Positions 20,804 to 32,991 of a stretch of DNA of 64,000 bases are shown piece after piece (the first letter of the stretch is position 1; every line of letters begins with the position of its first letter). Source of the DNA: Histomonas meleagridis 2922-C6/04-290x (Eukaryota; Protista; Parabasalia); assembly GCA_020184695.1 (NCBI GenBank), contig JAANOX010000159.1:124001-188000 (forward strand), in the 5' to 3' direction. Under the pieces are notes generated by a model. It was not told the origin of the DNA and made no database searches. It was given only the letters and a program-made list of their open reading frames with translations. The position numbers and the translations under genes were made by a program.

Positions 20804-23800
20804 ATGCTTTTCTGTTGTTTCCCAATAACAATAATATCAATAATTAAAAGTAACATGGGAAATGAAAAATGTTATTCAATAACAAGTAAAAAAAGAATTA
20901 CTAAAAATGATTTCGAACTTGCTTATTATAATTGTATTTCAATAGAAGAAGATATCCAAAAAATTGAAGATAATGCATTTAAAGAATGGGAAACTCTTGT
21001 TGAAGTAAAGATCCAATCTTCAATTACATCAATTGGTTCAAATGCGTTTTGTCAATGTTCTTCATTAAAATACATATCTATACCAGATTCAGTCACATCA
21101 ATTGGAGACTATGCATTTTGTTCATGTCAATCCTTAACAACTATTGAAATCCCAGCGAATGTTAAAAATATTGGTAAATCAGCATTTCAATTCTGTTCAG
21201 AATTAACAGATGTTATCATGAAACCAAGTACTATTACATCCATAGGATCATCAGCATTTAATTTCTGTGTTTTATTAAAAAGTATTAAAATACCAAATGG
21301 AATAACAACACTTGAAAGCTCCACATTTCAATATTGTACTAAATTATCAGATATTATAATTCCAGAATCAGTTATTACAATTGGTGATTTTGTATTTGAA
21401 AATTGTGATAATTTAGCAAATGTTCAAATTGGTGAATCAACTAAATCAATTGGTTCACAAGCATTTTCAACTTGTTCTAATTTAAAGCAAATTACGATTC
21501 CTAATTCAGTTACAACAATTGGAACTCATATATTTAGTTATTGTTTTAATTTATATCATATTGAACTTAGTAATTCTTTAAATGAAATAACAAATTTTTC
21601 ATTTATAGATTGTTTTTGTTTACAAAGTATTGAAATTAGTGATTCTGTTTTATTTATTGGATATAAAGCATTTTATGGATGTTCTTCTTTAGTTAATATT
21701 AAAATTGGTAAATCAGTTAAATCAATTGGGGAAAATGCATTTGGTAAATGTGAAAAATTATTAACAATTGAAGTATCACCTGAAAACATGAATTATAAAA
21801 ATCATGAATCTGATGGTGTATTATATGATATTAATATCAATGAATTAATACAATTTCCAATGGCTAAAAAGAATTCATTTACAGTACCGAATACAATTGA
21901 AACTATAAAAAGTTATTCATTTTTATATTCTCAAATTTCAAGTATAGTCATTGGAAATTCAGTTAAAACAATTGAATCAAATGCATTTTTTTCATGTCCT
22001 GTTCTAGAAATAATTACATTTGGTTATAACATTGAAACAATTGGTGATTATGCATTTGAATATTGTCCTTTCTTGACTGAAATTGTTATTCGAGGTACAG
22101 TTAAATCAATTGGTTTTTTGGCATTTAGAGGTTGTGATAGTTTAATAAAATTTAAAGTTTCACAATCGAATGAAATTTATAGTAATTATGAAGATGATGG
22201 AATAATTTATGATAAAAACATTAATAAAATTCTTTATTTCCCACCTCGTAAAGATACAATTACAATACCAAATTCTGTTACAATTATTAATAGTTATTCA
22301 TTTTATGAATGTTATTGTTTAAAGAATATTATTCTTAATGATAATATAAAAGAAATTGGAGAATATTCATTTTATAATTGTAAAGGTTTAACTAAAATTA
22401 CAATTCCTAATTCGATAACTGAAATTAAACCATTTACATTTACATCTTGTACAAGTTTAAAGAGTATTACATTAAGTAATAACCTTCAAACATTAAGTAA
22501 AAACTCATTTGCTTGTTGTTCAGAATTATTAATGATAACATTACCAAATACAATTAAAACAATTGAAGACTTTGTATTTACTAATTGTACAAAGTTAACA
22601 GGAATAAATATACCTAATTCACTTGAAACTATTGGTAATAATGTATTTCAACATTGTGAAAGTTTACAAATAATAACAATACCTAATTTAATTAAATCAA
22701 TTGGTAATTATGTATTTCAAGATTGTATTTCATTAGCAAAAGTTACAATTCCTGATTCAGTTACATCAATTGGAGAATATACATTTTCTGATTGTAAGGA
22801 TTTAGAAGATGTAACAATAAGTGATTCTATTACAACAATTGGTAAATATGCATTTTATAATTGTCGGAAACTGAAACATATTAAAATCCCAAATAATATT
22901 CAAACAATTAATGATTATACATTTTATTATTGTAGGGAAATAACAGAAATTATAATTCCTAATTCAGTTATAACAATTAATAATAATGTATTTGATTCAT
23001 GTGAATTTTTAACTAATGTTACAATTGGTGAATCAGTTACATCAATTGGTGATTTTGTATTTCAAAGTTGTCTTCATTTAGAAAGTATTACAATTCCTAA
23101 TTCAGTTAAAACTATTGGAAACTTTGCATTTAGTAATAATTATATAAAAAGTATTAATTTAGGTAATTCGATTACTAATATTGGAATTTATGCATTTCAA
23201 TATTGTACAGAATTAAAGAGTATTATAATTCCAGATAAAGTTACAACAATTGGATATGGTACATTTTATGAATGTTTCGAATTAACTAATGTTACATTAT
23301 CAAATTCATTAACATTAATACATTGCCATTCATTTTATAAATGTGAAAAATTAGAATCTATTACACTTCCAAATACATTACAAAAAATTGGTGGAGAAGC
23401 ATTTTATAAAACAAGCTTATTCATAATATTTATACCAGAATCAGTAATATTAATAGGTAATAATGCATTTTATGAATGTACTTATTTAATGTCTATTAAT
23501 GTATCAACAAATAATAAATATTATCAAAATTATCAAAATGATGGAGTCCTTTATGATTATGAATTTAAAGAAATTCTTTATTATCCACCTTTAAAGATCG
23601 GACAATATTCAATGCCTGAAACAATACAAAAAATTCGATATTATTCATTTTATAAATCACAAATTGATGAATTAACAATTAGTAAATCTTGTTCATTAAT
23701 TGAAAATCATGCATTTTATTACTCTAGATTAGTGAATATTATACTTCCAAATTTAATTACAATAATTAAACAATATACATTTTCAAGGTGTACTAAATTA

Positions 23801-25321
23801 AAGAGTATTACATTAAGTAACTCGATAAAAGTGATTGAAGAACATGCATTTGATTCATGTAATACTTTAAGTAGTATAATATTACCTGATTCCGTTGAAG
23901 ATCTTGAAGAACGTTCATTTTATAGTTGTTCATTATTAAAGAGTATTACATTAAGTAAAACATTAAAGACAATTTCGAAATATACATTTATGAATTGTTA
24001 TTCATTAGTTAACATTATACTTCCTGATTTAATTACACTCATTGATGATAGTGCATTTTACAGATGTAGCAAATTAGAAGAAATTACACTTAGTAAATCA
24101 CTTGAAATTATTGGTGATTCAGTATTTTTTGAATGTATTTCATTAAAATCAATTGAATTACCAAACACAACAAAATCATTAGGTAAATCAACTTTTACAA
24201 ATTGTTTCAACTTACAACAAATAATAATTCCGAATTCAGTTAAACATTTTGGTGATTCGTCATTATTCTATGGATGTAATAAGTTAACAAGTTTCGATGG
24301 AACTTATTTCACTGAAATCAATGAATATACATTCAAAAACATTTCATTTAGCACATTTAATTTGGGAAGTATTCATTTAGGTAAATCAGTAATAACAATT
24401 GGCGATAGAGCATTTTCTTATTGGCGTCAATTAACAAATATAACATTTTCTGACTCAGTTAAAACAATGGGAATGTATTCATTTTCTTATTGTTCATCAT
24501 TAAAATCTTTTGTTATACCAAATTCAGTTGTAACACTTGGTAAATGTTCATTTTATGGATGTTATAACTTATTATCAATTGAAATTGGTAATTCAGTTAC
24601 ATCTATAGGTAATTCATCATTTTTATATTGTTCTTACTTAAAAGAAGTAACAATTGGTGAATCAGTTCAAACAATTGAAAGTTATTCATTCCACGGCACG
24701 TCAATTGTTAATTTAACAATTCCAAACTCAGTCAAAGTCATTGAGAACAATGCATTTTCTTCATGCTTCAGCTTGAAGTATTTAGATTTAGGTAATTCGC
24801 TTGAAGAAATTGGTGAAAATGCATTTTATACTTGCGGCGTTTTTGAGTTGTTCATTCCGAATTCAGTTGTCACTATTTCACGTTATGCATTTCAATTTTC
24901 GGATCTCGTTAAGTTAACAATTTCGGGCTCTGTGAAGACAATTGATAGTTACGCATTTTTTAATTGTGCTTTCTTGGAATACGTGTTCTATAATGGTACA
25001 ACAGCGCCCGAATTAGGCGTCGGAGTGTTCGATGGTGTTCACAACTTGGAAATTATTGTGCCAGATGAATTCGTCGGTGATCACTTTGGACAATATAAAA
25101 TTAAACGAATAAGCGATGTAAATAAGAAAAGCAACACAACTATGATAATTGTGGCCGTAGTGTGCGCAGTGTGCGGCGTGGCTCTGATAGCCCTTGTCGC
25201 GTTTTGCGTCTACTTGAGAAGGATGAAAACGAAAGAAGGATACAGCGCTTTGGATAGCAGATTGCAGTCCGAGGTGGAAAACTACGAAGCTATGGTAAAT
25301 AACTATGAGCAGCTTAAGTAA
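20804..25321 (+). CDS. Large BspA-like LRR surface protein (1505 aa), type I membrane
   Basis: Dozens of SVTxIGxxAFxxCxxLxxIxIPN repeats, three NY...DGxxYD...xxxxP inserts, TM IIVAVVCAVCGVALIALVAFCVYL. Confidence 0.94.
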   Translation: MLFCCFPITIISIIKSNMGNEKCYSITSKKRITKNDFELAYYNCISIEEDIQKIEDNAFKEWETLVEVKIQSSITSIGSNAFCQCSSLKYISIPDSVTSIGDYAFCSCQSLTTIEIPANVKNIGKSAFQFCSELTDVIMKPSTITSIGSSAFNFCVLLKSIKIPNGITTLESSTFQYCTKLSDIIIPESVITIGDFVFENCDNLANVQIGESTKSIGSQAFSTCSNLKQITIPNSVTTIGTHIFSYCFNLYHIELSNSLNEITNFSFIDCFCLQSIEISDSVLFIGYKAFYGCSSLVNIKIGKSVKSIGENAFGKCEKLLTIEVSPENMNYKNHESDGVLYDININELIQFPMAKKNSFTVPNTIETIKSYSFLYSQISSIVIGNSVKTIESNAFFSCPVLEIITFGYNIETIGDYAFEYCPFLTEIVIRGTVKSIGFLAFRGCDSLIKFKVSQSNEIYSNYEDDGIIYDKNINKILYFPPRKDTITIPNSVTIINSYSFYECYCLKNIILNDNIKEIGEYSFYNCKGLTKITIPNSITEIKPFTFTSCTSLKSITLSNNLQTLSKNSFACCSELLMITLPNTIKTIEDFVFTNCTKLTGINIPNSLETIGNNVFQHCESLQIITIPNLIKSIGNYVFQDCISLAKVTIPDSVTSIGEYTFSDCKDLEDVTISDSITTIGKYAFYNCRKLKHIKIPNNIQTINDYTFYYCREITEIIIPNSVITINNNVFDSCEFLTNVTIGESVTSIGDFVFQSCLHLESITIPNSVKTIGNFAFSNNYIKSINLGNSITNIGIYAFQYCTELKSIIIPDKVTTIGYGTFYECFELTNVTLSNSLTLIHCHSFYKCEKLESITLPNTLQKIGGEAFYKTSLFIIFIPESVILIGNNAFYECTYLMSINVSTNNKYYQNYQNDGVLYDYEFKEILYYPPLKIGQYSMPETIQKIRYYSFYKSQIDELTISKSCSLIENHAFYYSRLVNIILPNLITIIKQYTFSRCTKLKSITLSNSIKVIEEHAFDSCNTLSSIILPDSVEDLEERSFYSCSLLKSITLSKTLKTISKYTFMNCYSLVNIILPDLITLIDDSAFYRCSKLEEITLSKSLEIIGDSVFFECISLKSIELPNTTKSLGKSTFTNCFNLQQIIIPNSVKHFGDSSLFYGCNKLTSFDGTYFTEINEYTFKNISFSTFNLGSIHLGKSVITIGDRAFSYWRQLTNITFSDSVKTMGMYSFSYCSSLKSFVIPNSVVTLGKCSFYGCYNLLSIEIGNSVTSIGNSSFLYCSYLKEVTIGESVQTIESYSFHGTSIVNLTIPNSVKVIENNAFSSCFSLKYLDLGNSLEEIGENAFYTCGVFELFIPNSVVTISRYAFQFSDLVKLTISGSVKTIDSYAFFNCAFLEYVFYNGTTAPELGVGVFDGVHNLEIIVPDEFVGDHFGQYKIKRISDVNKKSNTTMIIVAVVCAVCGVALIALVAFCVYLRRMKTKEGYSALDSRLQSEVENYEAMVNNYEQLK

Positions 25322-25574
25322 AATGATCAATACCAATTTGATATATTATTTCGGAAAAAATTTATAGAGAATGAATAGCGGTGACGTTGAATTGGTTTGG
25401 ATTATATTAATAATTTTTGAGTTCATCATAGATATTAATATGTTTATTATGATTTTGGTAGTTGATATTGAATTACATGTTAAAATAAATAATGAGAATG
25501 AAATTTTTGATATTTAAAATTCTTGATATGAATGACTCAAAACTTATAGGGTGTTCGGTTATTTCGCGCAATTT

Positions 25575-25880
25575 TTATGAATATGAGATTTTAATTAAAA
25601 TTAGTGATTTTTTATTTATCACTGATGAAATAGGATCCAATTGATTTTTTTGGTGCTCTGCTTGAATACGGAACAAAAGTTGTTCATCTATAGGTCTACC
25701 ATATCTATATGGTTTCTCATCAACTCTAAAATTTAATTTGACCATTCTGATCCATTTATACATTGCTGAGTCCTTTAACGCACTCTCGCCGAACTTCTTG
25801 TTTAATTTTTTTTTATTTTCTTTGTCGGGAGCCCTTTTTTAACGAGTTCTTCAATGAAGTAAAGCTATTCCATATGCTTA
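25575..25880 (-). mobile_element. Tc1/mariner transposase remnant (N-terminal HTH)
   Basis: KKGLPTKKI...KKFGESALKDSAMYKWIR...DEKPYRYGRP matches the mariner HTH and GRP linker; frameshift in a poly-A run; no DDD domain or TIRs seen. Confidence 0.7.
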
Positions 25881-26429
25881 ACGTACAATTTTTAACATAC
25901 AAAAAAATATAGTTATGGTTAAATTTCAATTTCATAATGGATAATTTCAACATCAACCATATCAGTAAAAAGCTATCTAAAAATACTTGCAATTTCATTT
26001 GGATTATGTTCTTCATCAATTCGTTTTTTGTGAAGTTCTCAATTGTCCATTGAAAGTTCATCAATATTATCTTTGATTTCATCTGAGATATATATATATA
26101 ATTATATCTTCGATGTTTTTCTTGATAAATGAATGAAACAAAATGATTCTATTTTGCTAACGATATTTACTTCAAGAAATTATATTATAAGAAGATAATA
26201 TGTTTAATGTGTAGATTTGCTAATAAGAAAGTTTGTAAATATATTGAATATTCTTAAATAGCTTAATTTATTTCTAATTTATCAACTTCTTTTGAAATGT
26301 TTAAGTTTATATCAGAATCAGTTGATCGTATGGTGAATAATGAATACATTATTAAATTACATGTAATAAATCAATTTTTACATCGAAATATTTTAAAAAT
26401 GATTCTAAATAAAATTTTATTAAAAACAA

Positions 26430-27902
26430 TTAACTTACATATTCTTCTTCTTCAATTTCGAAGTACATTCGAAGGGTATTACAAAGCTGATGAGTTCTTT
26501 CACTTAACCCATCGCAAGCTTCTAAATTTTGCATTAATCCGCATTCTACGAAAACATTTTTTGCATCATCCAATTTCGTTACAATCAAAATTATTCCTTT
26601 TATCACATTTTTAATTATATCACAATCATCACACAGAAGTAAATCAACATAATCAGGAGCGATTCCTTCTTTTAACAAATAATCACATTGTTCAGGTGTT
26701 GCGCCTTTAATTGTAGCATTTATTAATCTCATAAAATCTATTTTATAAGCAAATGGCATTCCATTTCTCATTTGTTCTAAACAAATACCAATAGCTTGAA
26801 TGTAATCATCACTAAGTAAAAAATGTGGCATTGCTATTATCCAATTTGTTAAAATTTGCACAGTCATAAGTGTTATGCTATGCCATGTTTTTTGAGATTT
26901 AAGAAGAATTAAAAGAAAAGAAAAATGGTCATCTGAACAAAATAATCCTTGTAAAAGAAATTGAAGACGTTGAACAACTTCTTCATTAGCTTTATGTTGT
27001 TCTCTAAGAAGAATATTTGTTATTTCCAAATAAGAATCAAAGAAGCAAAGCATTGAATTCACAAATTTTGCGTCACTTTTTGCGTAAGGAGAAGATGATA
27101 TTATTATATCGAAGAGTTCCAAAAGGATTTGTTGTTGAACAATAATTATAATGGCGTCATTACTATTCTTACTCTTAATTAATATCTGAAGAATAAGGGA
27201 TATATAATTTATGTTTTCTGGAATAAGATAACCATTTTCATTTTGATTTAGGAGAAATTTACAAAATGAAACAAGTGGCTCAATTGGATAAAAAGCTGGT
27301 TCCCGAGAAAGAAGACAATACATAACAAATAGGCCATTGGTGGTTGAGCTTTTAAGATCAGTTTCAATGATTTGTGGGATATTCGGAAATGGAATGTAAT
27401 TTTGCATTTCTAAAAATTGATTATCATCAAAAATAGAAATGAGGTTACCTATTGCAAGCAAAGAGCAGGATACAAGTTCACTCTCTGATTGTATGTGCTG
27501 TGATAAAATATTAAATATTTCAGGTCGACAAAATGTTGATGAATATTTTGAAGTGGATATATAACAAATAATAGCAAAACATTCTACAACTTGGAGATTA
27601 TAAAAATTATTGTTTTCAATGAGTAGTTCAATTATGAAGTTGACAAAATTTGTTTCGAAAATTATAGTGAGGATTTGTGGATAACCATGTGAAATTTTTT
27701 TTGTAATAGCTGGAAGTGTTTCTGATATCAATTCTACATTTGGACTTGATTGATTCATAAATAATGAAATTTTTTCTTGTAATTTATAACATGATTTGTT
27801 AATTTTGAGTGAATCTGCATCAGATATTTCTTCGTTAGTTCCTTGACCTATTTTACCTTTAAAATGATGTAATGGTTTTAAATTTTTGTAGTTAATGTTC
27901 AT
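26430..27902 (-). CDS. Armadillo-repeat protein (importin-alpha-like fold)
   Basis: Helical repeats such as VECFAIICYIS, LLAIGNL, IKNVIKGIILI; ATG at 27902. Confidence 0.65.
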   Translation of the reverse strand: MNINYKNLKPLHHFKGKIGQGTNEEISDADSLKINKSCYKLQEKISLFMNQSSPNVELISETLPAITKKISHGYPQILTIIFETNFVNFIIELLIENNNFYNLQVVECFAIICYISTSKYSSTFCRPEIFNILSQHIQSESELVSCSLLAIGNLISIFDDNQFLEMQNYIPFPNIPQIIETDLKSSTTNGLFVMYCLLSREPAFYPIEPLVSFCKFLLNQNENGYLIPENINYISLILQILIKSKNSNDAIIIIVQQQILLELFDIIISSSPYAKSDAKFVNSMLCFFDSYLEITNILLREQHKANEEVVQRLQFLLQGLFCSDDHFSFLLILLKSQKTWHSITLMTVQILTNWIIAMPHFLLSDDYIQAIGICLEQMRNGMPFAYKIDFMRLINATIKGATPEQCDYLLKEGIAPDYVDLLLCDDCDIIKNVIKGIILIVTKLDDAKNVFVECGLMQNLEACDGLSERTHQLCNTLRMYFEIEEEEYVS

Positions 27903-28200
27903 TCTATTAAAAGAACGTTTAAAATTTTTCTTCTTAAGTATTTCATTAGAAAAAACCAAATACCATCAAGCATTAAATCATTCATGAAATCTTTGTGTAT
28001 AAAACTTATTTTTTTTTTAATGTGTTTTGTAAAAGATTCATATTGATATCAAAAACGCATTTATTAAAATATGTTTAAAACAAAGTCCTTTTCAGACATT
28101 AATATTTCTTATATGCAAAGATACCTTAAAAAATTCATTAAGATGAAATAAATTGATATCACAAAAAAAATCGCATTCAAACAAACATAAGTCAATTTTG

Positions 28201-28219
28201 ACGGTTTTGGTCTTCCTTT
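28201..28219 (+). promoter_or_regulatory. M3-like (ACGGTT) plus M5 (CCTTT) promoter of RPL31
   Basis: ACGGTT at 28201 and CCTTT at 28215, ATG at 28229. Confidence 0.7.
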
Positions 28220-28228
28220 TCTCTTCAA

Positions 28229-28561
28229 ATGCCTCTTTTCCACAACCAACCACAAGAACCAAAGAAGATTGAGACAACAATCCATATACAAAAGCTTGTT
28301 TATAACTCACGCCGTAAGCTCAAGGCTCAAAATGCAATTAAGCAAATCGTTAAGACAGGTCAAACATTAATGGGAACCAAAGATGTTAAAATCGATCAAG
28401 AACTTAACAGCCGTATTTGGTACAGGAGCAGGGCAAATCCACCAGCACGTGTCCGTGTTCTTTTCGAAAGGAAGGCAGATGATAATGGCAAAATGTTCAC
28501 AACTGCATCATATGTTGATGTTCCAACATTCAAAGGTCTTCAAACAGAAAAGAAGGAATAA
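28229..28561 (+). CDS. RPL31: 60S ribosomal protein L31 (eL31)
   Basis: TIHI.K, KA..AIK.I, MGTKDVKID.ELN..IW, P.RVRV, FKGLQT. Confidence 0.92.
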   Translation: MPLFHNQPQEPKKIETTIHIQKLVYNSRRKLKAQNAIKQIVKTGQTLMGTKDVKIDQELNSRIWYRSRANPPARVRVLFERKADDNGKMFTTASYVDVPTFKGLQTEKKE

Positions 28562-28836
28562 ACCATTTCAATTTTGATTCTTTTTTTTAATGCAAATTAA
28601 TTTCACCACAATAACTTCCATTTGGCAAACAACAAATTGAACTTAATGACGGTCAACAACAATTATTTGTAAGAAGAATTCGAAAATTTAACAAATAATT
28701 TGACGAAATTGAAAAAATTATAAAATAATTTCCAGAAATTTATTATTACTTTTTATCGATTATTAAATCAATAACAATAATGAGATTAAAGTTTTTAATG
28801 AAAAAAGAAATTTTCATTTTCAGGGTACCCTGTTCG

Positions 28837-28866
28837 ACGGTTTTTTACGGTTTTTGGTCGACCTTT
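28837..28866 (+). promoter_or_regulatory. Two M3-like ACGGTT motifs plus M5 CCTTT, promoter of RPS2
   Basis: ACGGTT at 28837 and 28847, CCTTT at 28862, ATG at 28873. Confidence 0.7.
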
Positions 28867-28872
28867 TGTTCA

Positions 28873-29679
28873 ATGTCTGAAGCTCCAAAACAGCAGCAAG
28901 GCGAACAACGTCGTGGTGGAATGCGTGGCCGCCAACAGCGCGAACGCCCACAACGCAATGCCCAAAACAGAGGTGGAAAAGACAAATGGCAACCGAAGAC
29001 CAAATTAGGTCGTTTAGTTGCATCTGGTCGTATCACATCTATCGAACAAATCTATCTTCACGCCATGCCAATCAAAGAACCAGAAATTATCGATGCACTC
29101 TTAGGCGATAACTTAAAGGATGAAGTCATGAAGATTATGCCAGTTCAGAAGCAAACACGTGCAGGTCAACGTACTCGTTTTAAGGCAGTAGTTGCAGTCG
29201 GTGACTATGATGGACATGTTGGTCTTGGTATCAAGACATCAGCAGAAGTTGCAAATGCTATCAAAGGAGCCTTAATCTATGCTAAGCTTTCTATTCTTCC
29301 AGTACGTCGTGGCTATTGGGGTAACAAAATCGGTCAACCACATACAGTTCCAAATACAGTTACAGGCAAATGTGGTTCAGTTCGTGTAAGACTCATTCCA
29401 GCCCCACGTGGTTCAGGAATCGTTGCAGGTTCAGTTGCCAAGAAGCTCTTAGCCATGGCAGGTTTTGAAGATCTCTTCACATCATCAATTGGTAACACTA
29501 AGACATCAGCCAACTTCCTCGTTGCTACATACAAAGCAATTGAAGCAACTTATTCATTCTTAACCCCAGATCAATGGGAGCAGAAAGAACCAGAAGCACA
29601 TCCATTTGTACAATATAGCGATATTCTTGCGAAGGACAACGAGTTCAAAGTTACAAAGGTGAACATTAACTTGGAGTAA
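28873..29679 (+). CDS. RPS2: 40S ribosomal protein S2 (uS5)
   Basis: [60 protein letters not shown]. Confidence 0.97.
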   Translation: MSEAPKQQQGEQRRGGMRGRQQRERPQRNAQNRGGKDKWQPKTKLGRLVASGRITSIEQIYLHAMPIKEPEIIDALLGDNLKDEVMKIMPVQKQTRAGQRTRFKAVVAVGDYDGHVGLGIKTSAEVANAIKGALIYAKLSILPVRRGYWGNKIGQPHTVPNTVTGKCGSVRVRLIPAPRGSGIVAGSVAKKLLAMAGFEDLFTSSIGNTKTSANFLVATYKAIEATYSFLTPDQWEQKEPEAHPFVQYSDILAKDNEFKVTKVNINLE

Positions 29680-29844
29680 ATAACTCCTTTTGCTTCCATT
29701 CTCTTATTTTTGAAACCGTTTATTTGTCACTTTTCTTTACAACAGGTGTCAAAAAAAATGTTAAACGATCCCTAAACGTACATCTATATCAATGCCAACT
29801 CACTTCTGTAATAAAAGTGTCGCAGAGCTGAACTCCTAAAGTAA

Positions 29845-32781
29845 ATGGAAATTCCTTTCGAAAAATTCTATGAATTAGTTGGCCAAAATTTAGCTGGTTT
29901 AAATGGTCAAAACCAAAGCGAAGAAAACATTGCTTTCCTTCTTAATTTTTCTTCAAGAATTGAATTCCTTCCAATATTACGAAACTTTTTAGGAAGGTGC
30001 TTAAACTCGGATGGCCATGTCTTGTTCATTCTAAATGCGATGAAAGAAGTCATAAAAAGAAGAGGATGTGTTATGCCATCAGTTGTATTACTTGATCATT
30101 ACCAATTCCTTAGAGATTTCATATTCAATTCGTCGACAGCATTTGTGCAAAGGATTCCGCTTCTAAGGATCGCTTCGGATGCTATAGCAGTTACAATTCG
30201 ACATATCTATGAACAAAGTCAAGGAAATCAGCCAGTGATCAACAACATAATCGAATTTTTCAACGGCGATGATGAAAAACGTCTTGTTGCGCTTAACATA
30301 TTAATTTCCGTTGTAGATATTTTCCAATTTCGTTTACCACATCTTTCAATTACTGATCAATTTCACATCAACAGACTCTTCAAAGATACATACGCGGGGT
30401 ATTTCTTTTCTCTTTCATGTCAATTAATGAATGGATCACTTGAAACAATTTTGGCATCACTTGAGCTCATGAATTCTTGTCTTAAAATGTATATTCCTGA
30501 AGAAGAGAAACTTGAAAATCGTGTTTCTTATCCACCTAAATTCGAAACCTTTTATACAGAAGAATTCATGAAACGAATTTTTGAATTAATTAATGAGCAA
30601 CAAACATCAAATCTTTCGTTATCACTTTTGTGTAAACTATTGATGGGTGCCAATGTTATAAATCCAGATCAAAAAATTGGTTTTTTAGAGTTTTGTATTA
30701 ATAATTTAATTGGAATTTATCATCAAGAGAACATTGATCATCTTTTATTATGTAAAGTTACATATATTTTGGAAATGTTACTTAATAATAGTACAAATAA
30801 TCGATTTAATTTTTTGCAATCACAATTTGCTGAACCATTTTTTAAAACTATCATTGAATATTCATTTCATATCTTTACGTTATGTGATCCAAATTTGACT
30901 CGATATTTGTTATTATTTTGGATAAAAGTATCGAATTGGAAAGATATTCAAGATGAATTTATCCAAAATGTATTCATTGGTTATATCCAAAGAACATTAG
31001 ATTCAATAAAACAAAATCCAGGTTCTTGGATAACATTATTTCATAGTCCGAATGAACTTGATTCATTTGAGACTTCATTATGGTTAACTCATCCACGTTT
31101 TTATCAAATGTTATATGATATAATCATAGGACAAATCCAAGGTAATGTTGATAATGTATTATGTGAAGCATTTTTAGTACGATTAGTTTCATCACATTTA
31201 CTTAAACGTACTAATATTATCGAGTCAAACGTTCTCTATAATCAAGTCATCGAATTCATTCGAATTTCAAATGCTTCAGTTCATTCATTAATTTTATCAA
31301 ATGTTGAAGTTGCATTCATCTTCGAAATGGCAGTCAACGAGTTTATATATAACTTCCAAAAGACTCAATTCGCTCATGTCCGAGTTTCAAGTACAAGTTA
31401 TGAAGAAACAAATGCACGAAAAGAATATGAACAAAATTGTTTGAATATATTCATCGAAAGAATGATCATTGATGTTAATGAATTTTCAAGTATTAAAGGT
31501 TGTGGTCTCTTAGTAATGAAAACATTAATGTGTATGAAAGCATTAGTCGACAAAACAGAAATTCGAGATTATATATCGAATTTGTTGGAAAGTTTAACAA
31601 ATCATCAAATTATTATCTCTTATAATGAACAAGATCCTAATGAAATCAAAAAGCCACGTTCATTATTACAACAAATTTATATGTCATTAATTAATACACG
31701 TGAACAACTTATACAATTTTTGATTTCTTATGATCAACGATTTAATGAATTAAAAAGTAATTCAATTGATAACCCAAAAGAAGTCTTTGAGTTATATCGA
31801 GATTTAAGAGGTGTTGTTCAAGGTGCTTATCAAGGGAAAGATAAAGTCACCAAAATATTTACTGTTTTTAATTGGTTTTCACAAGCACATTTCGAAGACA
31901 CTATAACTATCATTCAAAGACATTCGAATAACGCGTTAATAGTTAATGCTATTTGTCATTTTTGGATTTCTTTGTTCCCTGATAAATATCCAGAAAATAT
32001 TATTAAGCCAACAAGTGGATTTGGTATTAATATGTTTAAATCAAGTTTAGCTATTATAGGTATAGTTATTAATAATTGTGCTAAGAATTTGGATATATTT
32101 TATATATTATTTAAGGTCATAAAATGTTGTTTATCTACAAAATATGCAAACTTCGGTGTAATGAAGTTTTATAATGATGAATCTTTAATGCAAATGATTA
32201 ATTTGTTCTTCCAAATGTTAAGTTCAATTAATTTCGACGTAATTCGAGGAATTAAAAAAATCCAAAAAAATATTTTAAGTTCTATGGAGGCAATAAATGA
32301 TTTAATTGATATAGAAATAATCCTACAAAATGAACAAATGGTGAATATTATTTCCGATCTTACATGTAAATGTATCATGTTAAATGATAAGGAATTGTTT
32401 GACCTTTCTTTTAATGTTATTATTCCTATCGCTAGAATGAATGTTTCAATATTTAGAAAACATTTCATAGCAATATTAAATGACTTCGTTAACTCCGATG
32501 AAAAATTGAATATGAAAGCTGGTGAATTATTATTAATTTGCTTCTTAAATGAAAACGAATTTTGCATAAAAATTTTCGAGGATATTTGTAACGCGTTCGA
32601 ACCAATGTTTAGAGAAAATATTAAGGAAATTTTAACAAAATTGTTCTTTGGATTCGAGATGCCAATAACTGAACAAAAGTTAAAACAATTTGAGGTAAAT
32701 TTGGGCGATTTCATTAATACTATGAAGAGATATAGGATTAACTTCATAGATTATCCAATATTAACAAAGTATTTGCAATAG
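29845..32781 (+). CDS. Exportin-7/RanBP16-like karyopherin-beta
   Basis: LYRDLRGV, F.WF, G..MFK, YANFGVMKFYND.SL resemble the XPO7 C-terminus; HEAT-like helical protein of 978 aa. Confidence 0.72.
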   Translation: MEIPFEKFYELVGQNLAGLNGQNQSEENIAFLLNFSSRIEFLPILRNFLGRCLNSDGHVLFILNAMKEVIKRRGCVMPSVVLLDHYQFLRDFIFNSSTAFVQRIPLLRIASDAIAVTIRHIYEQSQGNQPVINNIIEFFNGDDEKRLVALNILISVVDIFQFRLPHLSITDQFHINRLFKDTYAGYFFSLSCQLMNGSLETILASLELMNSCLKMYIPEEEKLENRVSYPPKFETFYTEEFMKRIFELINEQQTSNLSLSLLCKLLMGANVINPDQKIGFLEFCINNLIGIYHQENIDHLLLCKVTYILEMLLNNSTNNRFNFLQSQFAEPFFKTIIEYSFHIFTLCDPNLTRYLLLFWIKVSNWKDIQDEFIQNVFIGYIQRTLDSIKQNPGSWITLFHSPNELDSFETSLWLTHPRFYQMLYDIIIGQIQGNVDNVLCEAFLVRLVSSHLLKRTNIIESNVLYNQVIEFIRISNASVHSLILSNVEVAFIFEMAVNEFIYNFQKTQFAHVRVSSTSYEETNARKEYEQNCLNIFIERMIIDVNEFSSIKGCGLLVMKTLMCMKALVDKTEIRDYISNLLESLTNHQIIISYNEQDPNEIKKPRSLLQQIYMSLINTREQLIQFLISYDQRFNELKSNSIDNPKEVFELYRDLRGVVQGAYQGKDKVTKIFTVFNWFSQAHFEDTITIIQRHSNNALIVNAICHFWISLFPDKYPENIIKPTSGFGINMFKSSLAIIGIVINNCAKNLDIFYILFKVIKCCLSTKYANFGVMKFYNDESLMQMINLFFQMLSSINFDVIRGIKKIQKNILSSMEAINDLIDIEIILQNEQMVNIISDLTCKCIMLNDKELFDLSFNVIIPIARMNVSIFRKHFIAILNDFVNSDEKLNMKAGELLLICFLNENEFCIKIFEDICNAFEPMFRENIKEILTKLFFGFEMPITEQKLKQFEVNLGDFINTMKRYRINFIDYPILTKYLQ

Positions 32782-32991
32782 ATATATATTGATAATTTTG
32801 TTGATTTGTAATAAAAATAAATTTTTTTTAAAAAAAAAAATTAAAAGAAACGATTTTATAAAATTATTAAAACATCAAAAAACGATAAATTACATCAAAA
32901 CTTTTTGTGATAAATTCGATCACTTTTTCGTAAAGTATTCAAAAATGTCATTATTTTCCAAAATAAAAAAATGTTTCAAAAGAAAGAAGTT

